Source of the DNA: Acidobacteriota bacterium
Lineage (GTDB): Bacteria > Acidobacteriota > UBA6911 > RPQK01 > JAJDTT01
NCBI GenBank assembly: GCA_965217775.1
Contig: CBDCJH010000002.1
Coordinates: forward strand, 2,304,001-2,368,000
DNA: 64,000 nt
Direction of reading: 5' to 3'
A program made the translations under genes and the position numbers. How positions within the stretch are numbered: position 1 is the stretch's first letter; each line of letters opens with the position of its first letter. The notes under the pieces were generated by a model that was given only the letters and a program-made list of their open reading frames with translations, was not told the origin of the DNA and did no database searches. This document shows, piece by piece, positions 1-9,540 of this stretch.

Positions 1-410
1 CGCTTGGCCGCGTTGGCCACCTCGCGCGGTGTGCTTCCGCCGATGCCCAGATAGACCCGGACCTTATCCCGGCAGCGGCCGCCGATCAGTTCATAGACGG
101 GGACCCCCAGGGCCTTGCCCTTCAGGTCCCAGCAGGCGATCTCGATGCCGCTGATGGCAGCGTTCAGGATGGAGCCTCCCGGGAACCGGGAGCCGTTGTA
201 GAGGAGGCGCCAGATGTACTCGATCCGAGTCGGGTCCTGGCCCAGGATCCAGTCCTTGAAGTAGTGGACCGCCTCCTCCACCGCATGGTCCGGACCGACG
301 CGGTAAGCCTCGCCGACCCCGTGCAGATGCTCGTCGGTCAGGATCTTGACGAAGACGTGGTTGCCGTCTCCCAGGTTCACGCCGAAGGTCTGGACGTCGA
401 TGATCTTCAT
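1..410 (-). CDS. Mandelate racemase/muconate lactonizing (enolase superfamily) enzyme, galactonate dehydratase-like; runs off the window edge
   Basis: Manual translation from ATG at 410: MKIIDVQTFGVNLGDGNHVFVKILTDEHLHGVGEA...AAISGIEIACWDLKGKALGVPVYELIGG; GAGGAGG RBS upstream. Confidence 0.85.
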   Translation of the reverse strand, partial: MKIIDVQTFGVNLGDGNHVFVKILTDEHLHGVGEAYRVGPDHAVEEAVHYFKDWILGQDPTRIEYIWRLLYNGSRFPGGSILNAAISGIEIACWDLKGKALGVPVYELIGGRCRDKVRVYLGIGGSTPREVANAAK

Positions 411-422
411 GGTCCTCCTCGA

Positions 423-597
423 CTACAGCTTCCGGATGGTGTCGCCGATCCGGATTCTTTCCGCCTCCACCACGTCAGCGAAGCATCCACGCAGCCGGAG
501 GTCCTTCGAACCGGGCCCGTTGACGAACTTCAGGGCGTCGGCACCGTAACGGGTCGAGAATTTCTTGCAGCCCCGGTGAGGAACCTCCGAAACCTCC
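423..597 (-). pseudogene. Orphan 3' fragment of a MOSC-domain gene (diverged copy of 39544-39718)
   Basis: EVSEVPHRGCKKFSTRYGADALKFVNGPGSKDLRLRGC...IRKL* aligns to the C-terminus of ORF 39544..40098; DNA similarity stops abruptly near 597. Confidence 0.9.
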
Positions 598-852
598 GGA
601 AACACCCGTCCGACCTGGAACCAAAGCCGTCACCAGGTTTTCGATGGGAAATTGTACATCAAATATTCCATGGCCCGTTGACACAGGGAAAGTCTGTCTG
701 ATTGAGTCACTCGATAAATCCAAGTTTTTGATTTTTTGCCTTTTTTTGCCTCTTGGAAATTCAATTTATTGGATCAAGAGGGTTGATCGCGGGGGCTGCC
801 CAGTTGACATAAGTAAAGAAATGACTCCACTTAGTCAGCTTCTTGAGTAACG

Positions 853-868
853 TGGCACCATTCTTGCT
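853..868 (+). promoter_or_regulatory. sigma54 (-24/-12) promoter upstream of the TonB receptor
   Basis: TGGCAC-CATTC-TTGCT matches TGGCAC-N5-TTGCW exactly; AT-rich region with T-tracts upstream. Confidence 0.7.
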
Positions 869-922
869 GAATTTGGGCCGATATTATTAACATTGCTAGT
901 GATCTAGCAAGTTCTTTTCCAA

Positions 923-1083
923 CAGCCCGTGGTAAAAGTCGGCACGGCATTCGGTCGGGGCTGCATCCCGGCCCACTTCATTAACTCCTTGATCACATAC
1001 GGTCGAGTATGCTGCCTCGCCGCGCCTTGTCCGGCGGGCGCAGCCCCCGTCTCGGTGCTATGCGGGACTATCACCACAGACTG
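923..1083. mobile_element. MITE with ends like the IS1182-type element at 21898-23373
   Basis: Left end CAGCCCGTGGTAAAAGTCG is 18/19 identical to the IS end; right end GACTATCACCACAGACTG is an imperfect inverted copy (14/18); CAA on both flanks. Confidence 0.6.
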
Positions 1084-1186
1084 CAAGAACAAGCCAAAAA
1101 TCGGCTCGTTGTCTCACTGAGTCTGCCAGGAGCGTGATTTTGCCATCTGGGCGGACATTTTAATTCGCCAAAGGGAGGACGCAGCG

Positions 1187-4100
1187 ATGTGGACCGCAAA
1201 TTACAGGACCGTGATCGCAATCTGTGTGTTTTGCCTGATGGGTGCCGGCTCGGCGTTGTTGGCTCAGGGGCATCGGGCCATTATCTCGGGCCTGGTCGTC
1301 GACGCGAGTGGCGCCAGTGTCCCGGGAGCCGAGGTGAGGGTCATCCATCAATCCACCAACATTGCCCGCAATACGATTACCAGCGACAGCGGTTACTACG
1401 AGGCCCCGGGACTGCTGCCCGGCCAGTACCGGATTGAGGCCGCACTCGAGGGCTTCAAAACCGCTGTGGTCGAGGACATACCCGTCGCCAGCAACGAGCG
1501 GGTGCGGGTTGACCTCAGTCTCGACGTAGGGGAGGTCGAAGACAGCGTGACGGTGACCTCCGATCCCACGCTTCTCCAGTCGGCGGATGCCGATCTGGGC
1601 GTCGCCTTTGGGCAGAAGCCGCTCACCTCGCTGCCCATCGGCCAGGGAAACCCCACTTATCTGTTCCTGCTTTCACCCTCGGCCGACTCAGCTGCAGGGT
1701 ACGGCAACTTCAGTATGAACCAGGAGCCCTATCAGCGGGCTGGATCCGGTCTGGTCCGGTTCAACGGAATGCCCACGGGAACTGCAGAGTTTACAATGGA
1801 CGGAACTCCCAACACCCAGCGAAACAATGCGGTCGACGGCGGTGCCGTTTCCTTTAATGCGACCACGGAACTGGTCAAGGAAGTGCGCATCCAAACCACC
1901 ACCTTCGATGCCAGTGTGGGGCATACCGGCAGTACGACCGTTGACGTCATCATGAAAACGGGCACCAATGACTATCACGGTGAGGCCTTTTACTTCGGGC
2001 GCCATGACATGTTCAACGCGAACAGCTGGGTCCGCAACCGGGCTGGACAGGATAGAAGCAGTTTTCCCTACAAGCGTTACGGTTTTACAGGAGGAGGTCC
2101 GGTTATCAAGGACAAGACCTTCTTCTTTCTGGGCTGGACCCATTGGGAACAGGTCAGGTTCGGTGACTCTCAGGCAACCGTACCCAGAGCGGCACATAAG
2201 TCCGGCGACTTTTCGGACCTGCTGGCACTGGACCCAGAATATCAGCTCTACGACCCAATGACCGCGGTTCTGAACGCGGAGGGGCGAGTCGAGCGCCAAC
2301 CTTTCCCCAACAATATCATTCCATCCAGTCGCATCCACCCGATTGCAGCACCCCTCCTCGGGTTCTTCCTTGCCCCCAACAATTCGAGTGGGGCGAGTTC
2401 GGACGGCTTTCGCAACTATCTTTACGACAAAGGCTATACCCCGCTTCCCAGAACGGACCGGCACACGGTTCTTCGAATCGACCATGACTTGAACGATTCG
2501 CACACACTGTTTGGCAGGTATCTCAATTCGGACGGTCCTTCCAGCGGGTGGACCATGTTCGACAACCACCCGGGAGGTCCGGGCTGCGAGTGCGTCGACG
2601 TGCACGGTACGCGACACCAGATTTGGAATTTCTCGGTCGGCGACGTTTGGACCATCAACCCCACTTTCGTGGCTGACTTTCGCGCCACGAACAATCGGCA
2701 TACCTCAAGGGCTCGGAACAACGCGGGGGGACTGACCTGGGCGGATCTCCCCACCAACATGTCCCAGTTCGTCGACGTCGAGTTTACGGGTTTTCCCTAC
2801 GTTTCAATCACCGGTTACCCCAAACTGAGTAACCTTCCCGGTGGCCACAACGGGTTTACCAATTTCGATCCGGGCCTCCAGGTTGATGAGATTCGAAGCG
2901 CCTCCGCCCATTTCACCCAGATTTCAGGGAACCACAGTTTCAGGTTTGGGGCCGACTGGAGGGGCTATGTCTACAACTCCGTTCGAAGCGATCAAGCCCG
3001 AACTTTCTTCACCGGTCAATTCAGCAGTGGTCCCTTCGACAACTCCCCGCCCCCTCCGCGGGGCCACGGTCTGGCAGACTTTCTGTTGGGCCTCCATTCC
3101 TCCACCAACCGGAACGTACGTGCCGATTATGCGAATTATTCCACCTATACAGGCATCTATCTCCAAGACGACTGGAAAGTCACACCCCGACTCACCGTGA
3201 ACCTCGGGCTCCGGTGGGAGCGCGAAGGTCCCCCCACCGAGATGCATGACCAGGCACTGACACGATGGGCGGCCGACGTGGAGAATCCTGTCTCGGCAGC
3301 GGTCCAGGCAAATTATGCCAAGAACCCGATTCAGGAAATCCCGGTGGATCAGTTTCGGCTGATGGGAGGCGTGCTCTTTGCCGGAGTTGATGGAGAACCC
3401 CGCACCGTCTACGACTCTGACAACAACAACTTTTCTCCGCGGACCGGCGCGGCCTACCGCTTGAACGACAACACGGTCCTGAAAGGCGGCTACTCGCGTA
3501 CTTTCATCCCCCTCAACCAGCGTCACTTCGCTGCCCGTTTTCCGATTGCCGGATTCGACACGAGCACATTCGCCTTTTCCAGCACCGACGGAGGCTTGAC
3601 CTTTCCGGGCTCTCTGAACGATCTCTTCCCGGGTGGCTTAAACCAACCCCGGGGGTCCAGCGACGGACTGATGACCAATCTGGGCCAGCTCATCTGGATG
3701 AACCACGGGGTCGATCGAAGTACCACAAACCCCTATGCTCACCAGTTTCAGTTGGGCATCCAACGCAGATTGTCGCCCAACGCCACCGTGGAAGTGCGTT
3801 ATGTGGGGAACCGGACGAGGGACTTCGGCATTTCCAACAACGACCATAACCGGCTGCCGGGGCAGTACTTGACCAGATCGATAGAGCGGGATCAGGCCCA
3901 TATCGACTACATGACGGCGCGGGTCCCGAATCCGTTCCAGGGAGTCGAGGGTGTGGGTGGTTCTCTGGGAGTGGCGTCGACCATCCAACGCCAGGCTCTG
4001 CTGCGACCCTATCCCCATATCAGCGGGCTTCGCTCGTGGGCCGACAAGGTAGGCTCGACCGACTACGATGCCATGCAGGTAGAATTCCGGGCCCAGGACC

Positions 4101-4753
4101 TTGGGGGCTGGGACGTTCAGAGCAGTTACACCTGGGGTAAGACCATGGAGGAGCTGCAGTTTCTCAATGGTTTCGGAATTGACCCGGGGCCGGAAAGGAC
4201 GATCGGCATCAACGACCGTCCCCATGTCCTTCGCTTTGCGGGCACCTTCAGCTTCCCCTTCGGCAAGGGCCAGCGTTTTGGACCAAAGTCGGGCCTTGCC
4301 AGTCACCTGATCAGTGGGTGGAGTGCAACCTTCATTGGGTTCGCGCAGAGTGGAATCCCCATGAAATGGGGGAATATTATTTTCCGGGGCAACATCAGGA
4401 ACATCCCGGTTGGCCAGCATGAGGCGACCCGAATGTTCAACCAGAATGCCGGGTTTGAGAGGAGCTCCGCCAAACAGCCCGCCTACAATCTGCGCACCTT
4501 TCCCCTTCGTCTTTCCGGGGTCCGGGATCAGGCGCCCACGGACGTGGGTTTGACTCTTGTCAAGAACACTTACATCGGCGAGCGGTTTCAGGCCCAGTTT
4601 CGGTTGGAAGCCTACAATCTCCTCAATTCGCACTACTTCTGGGGCGCCCACCGCAACGCGGTCAATACGAACCCCAGGAGCAGCGGGTTTGGGACGCAAG
4701 GCTTCTCCTCGGGTCCGCGAATCGTCCAGTTTGGCGTGAAGTTCATTTTCTGA
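1187..4753 (+). CDS. TonB-dependent receptor (Oar/acidobacterial type, N-terminal carboxypeptidase-regulatory-like domain)
   Basis: Signal peptide, ISGLVVDASGASVPGAEV, plug region, YLQDDWKVTPRLTVNLGLRWE, C-terminal PRIVQFGVKFIF. Confidence 0.95.
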   Translation: MWTANYRTVIAICVFCLMGAGSALLAQGHRAIISGLVVDASGASVPGAEVRVIHQSTNIARNTITSDSGYYEAPGLLPGQYRIEAALEGFKTAVVEDIPVASNERVRVDLSLDVGEVEDSVTVTSDPTLLQSADADLGVAFGQKPLTSLPIGQGNPTYLFLLSPSADSAAGYGNFSMNQEPYQRAGSGLVRFNGMPTGTAEFTMDGTPNTQRNNAVDGGAVSFNATTELVKEVRIQTTTFDASVGHTGSTTVDVIMKTGTNDYHGEAFYFGRHDMFNANSWVRNRAGQDRSSFPYKRYGFTGGGPVIKDKTFFFLGWTHWEQVRFGDSQATVPRAAHKSGDFSDLLALDPEYQLYDPMTAVLNAEGRVERQPFPNNIIPSSRIHPIAAPLLGFFLAPNNSSGASSDGFRNYLYDKGYTPLPRTDRHTVLRIDHDLNDSHTLFGRYLNSDGPSSGWTMFDNHPGGPGCECVDVHGTRHQIWNFSVGDVWTINPTFVADFRATNNRHTSRARNNAGGLTWADLPTNMSQFVDVEFTGFPYVSITGYPKLSNLPGGHNGFTNFDPGLQVDEIRSASAHFTQISGNHSFRFGADWRGYVYNSVRSDQARTFFTGQFSSGPFDNSPPPPRGHGLADFLLGLHSSTNRNVRADYANYSTYTGIYLQDDWKVTPRLTVNLGLRWEREGPPTEMHDQALTRWAADVENPVSAAVQANYAKNPIQEIPVDQFRLMGGVLFAGVDGEPRTVYDSDNNNFSPRTGAAYRLNDNTVLKGGYSRTFIPLNQRHFAARFPIAGFDTSTFAFSSTDGGLTFPGSLNDLFPGGLNQPRGSSDGLMTNLGQLIWMNHGVDRSTTNPYAHQFQLGIQRRLSPNATVEVRYVGNRTRDFGISNNDHNRLPGQYLTRSIERDQAHIDYMTARVPNPFQGVEGVGGSLGVASTIQRQALLRPYPHISGLRSWADKVGSTDYDAMQVEFRAQDLGGWDVQSSYTWGKTMEELQFLNGFGIDPGPERTIGINDRPHVLRFAGTFSFPFGKGQRFGPKSGLASHLISGWSATFIGFAQSGIPMKWGNIIFRGNIRNIPVGQHEATRMFNQNAGFERSSAKQPAYNLRTFPLRLSGVRDQAPTDVGLTLVKNTYIGERFQAQFRLEAYNLLNSHYFWGAHRNAVNTNPRSSGFGTQGFSSGPRIVQFGVKFIF

Positions 4754-4784
4754 ACCGGGATCAAAAGGTTGTAACTGGCAAGAC

Positions 4785-4820
4785 AAAAGCCGGCTATCAA
4801 ATTTGACGGCCGGCTTTTTT
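4785..4820 (+). terminator. Intrinsic terminator after the TonB receptor
   Basis: AAAAGCCGGC...GCCGGCTTTTTT stem-loop followed by a T-run. Confidence 0.8.
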
Positions 4821-4913
4821 GGTGCGCCCAGCCGGGCCCGCTTCTGCGATTGAAGGACGGACGCGGGCCCTGCCTACCCAGAGCCCGTACCTTGGATTGG
4901 AAGGAGACTTGGA

Positions 4914-6590
4914 ATGCGAGCAATAGGGTTTGTCCTGCTGGCCATGCTGACGGGTCAGACGGCCCTGCCTGCCCAGAGCAACCCTCTGGACGTCGCCAGC
5001 CGAAGGCAGGTGTTCATCGACGAGCGTTTCCTGGAGGTTTCCGATGGCGTCGAGCTGGTCGTTCACCAGCCGACCAAGACGAACGAACTCACGATTGCGC
5101 CGGAACACCCCTGGGAAACCGTAATTTCCGGCTCCTCCACCGTCATCAAGGCAGGGGATGTCTACCACCTCTGGTACAGCGCCAGGGCTCCCAAGAAGAG
5201 GGATCCCGACACCGGCGAACCGATGTGGAACAAAGGGAGGTTTCAGAGTCTGGCTTATGCACGCTCGCAGGACGGGATTCACTGGGAAAAGCCCATGCTG
5301 GGTCTGGCTGAGATCTTCGGAAGCAAGGAGAACAACATCGTTCTTGGCTACGGTGCCGGTGGCGTCAAAGCGGGACTCATCGGCACCACTGTGTTTCTGG
5401 ACCCCAACGCAGTTGCCAAAGAGAGATTTCGCCAGTTGGCTTACGTCAGAAACCCCCCTGCGCTCCCCGCTTCCGCCCTGCACCTGTTTTCTTCGCCAGA
5501 CGGAATCCACTGGAGCCTCACCCGCAAATCCGTCATCGTTTTCGAGTCGAAAAAGCACCACCTGGATTCCCCAAATGTGATCTTTTGGGATGATCGCATC
5601 CACAAATATGCGGCCTACATCCGGCGAAATCTGCGTCCTCCCGGATCCCAGGGCAGGGCCGTGGCCCGCAGCGAATCGGACCATCTCGAACGGTTCATGA
5701 ATGCCGAAGTTACGCCTGTCGTACTGGCTGTCGATCACCTGGATCCCCACCACTACGATTCGAGGGAAGACCGTAATGTCCAGGTCATGGATTTGTATAC
5801 GAACGCCACTGTGAAGTATCCCTGGGCCCAGGACGCCTACTACATGTTCCCCTCGGCCTATTACCACTACCACAGCCGGTTCCTCCGCGAATTCGAAAAC
5901 GATCCGGTCTACGATTTCGAATCTTTCTGGGACAAGAAAGGAGAGACCATGCCTCGGGAAGGTCAGACGGCTGCCAACACGGGACCACTGGACATCCGGT
6001 TCGCAGCAAGCCGGGATGGAATCGACTGGCACCGATATGACCGCCGCGCCTTTGTGGACCTGGGCATGAAAGGCGAATTCGATTCAAAGTCCAACTACAT
6101 GATTCTCGGCCTGGTTCCCGCTCTCAACGGGCGCGAGATGTACATGTACTACAGCGGCAGCGATCAGATACATGCCTGGGGCTTTCAGCCTCAGAGCGAA
6201 GCGGTTCGAAGGGAGGGGCTGGGTCCCATTCGGAATATTCGAGCCCTCAGTCGGCTGGTTCTGCGGAGGGACGGGTTTATCTCCGTTCGAGCCTCGTACC
6301 CGGGAGGGCAGTTTACCACCCCCCTCCTGAAATTTGAGGGTCGGGAGCTGGTCTTGAACGTCGACACCTCAGCCTTGGGCACGCTCAGAGTAGAAATACT
6401 GGACGAGTTCGACAATCCCCTGGAAGGTTTTCGACTGGCGGACTGCGACCGTATTCACACCACCAACGAGATGAACCGGATCGTCACCTGGCACCGGCAG
6501 TCGGACCTGAGTCGTCTCGCCGGAAAGCCGATCCGACTCCGGTTCGTCATGAATGACACCGACCTGTACGCCTTCCAGTTCAGGCAGTGA
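4914..6590 (+). CDS. Secreted GH32/GH43-like five-bladed beta-propeller protein with C-terminal beta-sandwich
   Basis: Signal peptide; RQVFID, repeated S.DGIHW motifs; LRRDGFIS...LVLN...LRVEI...IRLRF..DLYAFQF tail. Confidence 0.8.
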   Translation: MRAIGFVLLAMLTGQTALPAQSNPLDVASRRQVFIDERFLEVSDGVELVVHQPTKTNELTIAPEHPWETVISGSSTVIKAGDVYHLWYSARAPKKRDPDTGEPMWNKGRFQSLAYARSQDGIHWEKPMLGLAEIFGSKENNIVLGYGAGGVKAGLIGTTVFLDPNAVAKERFRQLAYVRNPPALPASALHLFSSPDGIHWSLTRKSVIVFESKKHHLDSPNVIFWDDRIHKYAAYIRRNLRPPGSQGRAVARSESDHLERFMNAEVTPVVLAVDHLDPHHYDSREDRNVQVMDLYTNATVKYPWAQDAYYMFPSAYYHYHSRFLREFENDPVYDFESFWDKKGETMPREGQTAANTGPLDIRFAASRDGIDWHRYDRRAFVDLGMKGEFDSKSNYMILGLVPALNGREMYMYYSGSDQIHAWGFQPQSEAVRREGLGPIRNIRALSRLVLRRDGFISVRASYPGGQFTTPLLKFEGRELVLNVDTSALGTLRVEILDEFDNPLEGFRLADCDRIHTTNEMNRIVTWHRQSDLSRLAGKPIRLRFVMNDTDLYAFQFRQ

Positions 6591-6613
6591 GGGGGCCTCC
6601 GACTTGTCAGCCC

Positions 6614-6724
6614 GAGGCGTTTGCCGATTTCCGCAATCTGCCGGACCAGAAAGATATTGACGCCGTCGGGGTCGTCACACCGGATCACCGGCACGCCATT
6701 CCGGCCGTTTGGGCCGGTCAAGCC
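6614..6724 (+). pseudogene. Relic of a Gfo/Idh/MocA oxidoreductase gene
   Basis: Frame reads EAFADFRNLPDQKDIDAVGVVTPDHRHAIPAVWAGQA, resembling the DFR..L...DIDAV.IATPDHWH motif; no start or full ORF. Confidence 0.6.
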
Positions 6725-6787
6725 GACTGTCCTCTCTTCGAATCCGGCAATTGAATTTACCTGCCAAAAACTACGAGGGAAACATCC

Positions 6788-7906
6788 ATGCCAACCCATC
6801 GCTCATCCAAACCGCTGATGGTGCTGACTCTCATGGCACTGGCCAGCGCCGGAACGCTGCCGGCCGAGCCGGCGGGCAAGGCGCCGTGGGCGCGCATTAC
6901 CGAGGACGACAACACCATCAAGATCGAGACCGGCAAACTCGAAGCCGTCATCCCCAAGAAGAACCCCAAGCAGTGGATGACCGGCATCGAAAAGGGATCG
7001 TTTCTCGATAAGCGCACCGGCTTCCGCGAAGCCGGCGACGGGCTCTGCATCGTGGACTGGATCATGGAGCCCGGCAGCGACGAGGCCTGGCAGGAGCAAG
7101 GGACCAAGACCGTTCGTTATCGATACAACAACGACAACCACGGGACGCGGGCCAAGCGCATCATCGAGGGGCCCCAGCTCTGCCACAGGATGAAGCCGGT
7201 CCAACCCCAGGTGATCCGGGGCCAGGATTTCGTCGCCGTAAAGACGACCTACCGCTACGAGTACGCCGCCCCCGGCTACAACGCCGGATCGCAATGGACT
7301 CAGCTACTGGTGTTCCCGAAAGGCAAGCGCTACTTCTTCTCGATGGACAGAATCGACAGCGTCAACGACTCGGACGAAATGTTCCTCCGCGTTGACATGC
7401 CGGGCTGTGTCCGCCACCGGCGCGGCGAGACGTTCAGCGAGATCTACCTCAGTTACCTGGGTGGTCCGGAAGGGCTGCGGATCCCGCCCAGCGAGTTCTA
7501 CGACGTCTTTCCGCCCGATGAAAAATTCAACTACCGGCGAGACACGCACGAAATGCCGGAGCATTTCATCCGCGCCTACCGCTTGCGCGACCCGGAAACG
7601 GGCAAACAGGGTCCGTGGCTGGCAGGTATCACGCTCGAACCCTCCGTCGTCTACGAGGCGTGGTGCAACCAGCGGCCCGGGATCGTGATCTTCATCCATG
7701 AGATTGGGGGCCGGCCGATCAAGGCCGGCGAATCCTTCAGCGCTGCCTTCATCGTCGGCTACTTTGACAGCATCGAGGAAATGCACGCCCTGAATGACCG
7801 CTACCGGGGCCACCGCGCCCTCAGCGTTGACGGATCGGGATGGCGCCTGGAAAAACAAAGGGTACGCCCTGATCAAGGGTATGAGGCTCGTCAATCCACA
7901 AACTGA
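6788..7906 (+). CDS. Secreted hypothetical protein
   Basis: 372 aa ORF, GAGG RBS, signal peptide, strong GC3 codon bias. Confidence 0.8.
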   Translation: MPTHRSSKPLMVLTLMALASAGTLPAEPAGKAPWARITEDDNTIKIETGKLEAVIPKKNPKQWMTGIEKGSFLDKRTGFREAGDGLCIVDWIMEPGSDEAWQEQGTKTVRYRYNNDNHGTRAKRIIEGPQLCHRMKPVQPQVIRGQDFVAVKTTYRYEYAAPGYNAGSQWTQLLVFPKGKRYFFSMDRIDSVNDSDEMFLRVDMPGCVRHRRGETFSEIYLSYLGGPEGLRIPPSEFYDVFPPDEKFNYRRDTHEMPEHFIRAYRLRDPETGKQGPWLAGITLEPSVVYEAWCNQRPGIVIFIHEIGGRPIKAGESFSAAFIVGYFDSIEEMHALNDRYRGHRALSVDGSGWRLEKQRVRPDQGYEARQSTN

Positions 7907-9447
7907 AACGCATACAGATCCGCATCTTTCAGTTGGAATTGCAGCCGGACCGGCTTTTCGGCCCACCTGCCGACGTCCCTGCCGGATTTCCAGGTGACAG
8001 CACGGTCATGCGTGTCACCGAAGACTTCATTGCAGTCCGCCATCGAGAATCCTGGTATCGGCGATCCATCGGGACGTCGCAGAGCGACGCGGATACTTCC
8101 AGCACCAGAGGTGGCGAAGTTCAGGTGAAGTTCTTTTCCTGAGAAGGTCAGCGGTTTCGTCACCAGTTGGCCGCCGCTCATCGGGGCACTCACCGAGACG
8201 AAGCCGTCGAGGCGAAGGGTGTAACGCCGCATCGCACTGCTGGTCCCGGTCCAGCCACCCTCCTTCGCGTACAGAGACAGTTCGTTCGGCGCTCCTTTGA
8301 GTGCCGACTTGGTTTCGACGACATGCCAAGCCGTGAATTGATGGCTATAGTTCCAGGTGTCCTGCCGCTCGATTCCGGGACGCAGGAAGGCTTCGTTCCA
8401 GCGTTTGAATCTGACGCCGTCCCGGCTGGCCATGAGCAGCCCTTCCGTGAGCGCCGTACCGTATCGCAGGTTTGCCTCGGCTCGCAGTTCGCGGTGTTCA
8501 CGCTCCGGCAAGGCACGCATCGAATCGGACCAGCCACGTTCCGTATAACGCACCGGAAAGCCAATCAGGATGTGCGGTGCCCGGTAATAGGGTTTGATTT
8601 GATTCGTGTAGAGATGCTCGTCGGGCGAGTCCTCGTAGGTCAGGTCGGCTTCGTCACCCCAGTTGAGGAAGTCGCTGGATGATCCCGTGCGGATGGCTCG
8701 GTGCCCGGCCGGCTTCCAGACCTTTTCCGTGGTGATCCCCGCCGTGAAAGTCCGCCAGTAAGCCCGGTACTTCCCCAGTGTCGGATCCCAGAAAGCCAGA
8801 TTCTGTGAATCGAACGCTCCGTTGGTAATGACCGGTTTGTCGCTAATCAGCGACCAGTGGATGCCGTCGGGCGACTTGAACGCAAACAGGCCGCCTTCGG
8901 CTCGGAGTCCGCCCAGCGCCTTGTAGCGGGCCTCGGCAGGACAGTTCGGACGAAGGTCCTTGAACGGTGTGAAGTTATGAATGCCCACACCATCCCACAC
9001 GATGTTGTTCTGCTTTGAACCGTCGAACTCGAACAGACCGAGGATCGGTTTGGTCCAACCGATTCCGTCCCGGCTCTCCGCATAGCAATAGACCGTCTGG
9101 TGGCGATCCGTGATGAGCCGGCCGTCTTTCACTTCGAGCTGTGACCCGCGATAGTACATCCGGTAGAGGTCGCCATCCTGAAACACGGTATGGTAACCAC
9201 TGCTGGTGCCTTCCCAAGGGGCATCGTGGACAAGTGCGAGCTCACGCGGAATCGGGTGGTGCAGCCGCGATTCGGCCTTCCCCTCCAATCGTTCGATCAG
9301 AAAATTATCGACAAACAGCTCGCGCCGCGAGCCGATGTCGATCCAGGATTCCTGCTGTCGCTTTCCGGCGAAGGAAGTCGAGGGAGCCAGGGCTGTGAGC
9401 CCCAGTGCCGTAGATTGCACGAACTCTCTTCTTCTTATCTGGTTCAT
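7891..9447 (-). CDS. Tat-exported GH32-like beta-propeller + beta-sandwich protein
   Basis: MNQIRRREFVQ twin-arginine signal, GGAG RBS; same family motifs as 4914; clear paralog of 15225. Confidence 0.85.
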   Translation of the reverse strand: MNQIRRREFVQSTALGLTALAPSTSFAGKRQQESWIDIGSRRELFVDNFLIERLEGKAESRLHHPIPRELALVHDAPWEGTSSGYHTVFQDGDLYRMYYRGSQLEVKDGRLITDRHQTVYCYAESRDGIGWTKPILGLFEFDGSKQNNIVWDGVGIHNFTPFKDLRPNCPAEARYKALGGLRAEGGLFAFKSPDGIHWSLISDKPVITNGAFDSQNLAFWDPTLGKYRAYWRTFTAGITTEKVWKPAGHRAIRTGSSSDFLNWGDEADLTYEDSPDEHLYTNQIKPYYRAPHILIGFPVRYTERGWSDSMRALPEREHRELRAEANLRYGTALTEGLLMASRDGVRFKRWNEAFLRPGIERQDTWNYSHQFTAWHVVETKSALKGAPNELSLYAKEGGWTGTSSAMRRYTLRLDGFVSVSAPMSGGQLVTKPLTFSGKELHLNFATSGAGSIRVALRRPDGSPIPGFSMADCNEVFGDTHDRAVTWKSGRDVGRWAEKPVRLQFQLKDADLYAFQFVD

Positions 9448-9540
9448 TGGCAACTCCATTCTACTGAAATCCCATCCGGACGAGGCCAAGCCCTTCGCCT
9501 TCCGGTTGGTGGAGGAGTGAAGGCACGGCCCGGTTGGCGA

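Noticed and set aside
421-597. DGR template/variable repeat pair with 39542-39718
   Set aside because: No reverse transcriptase in the window and the mismatches are not adenine-specific.
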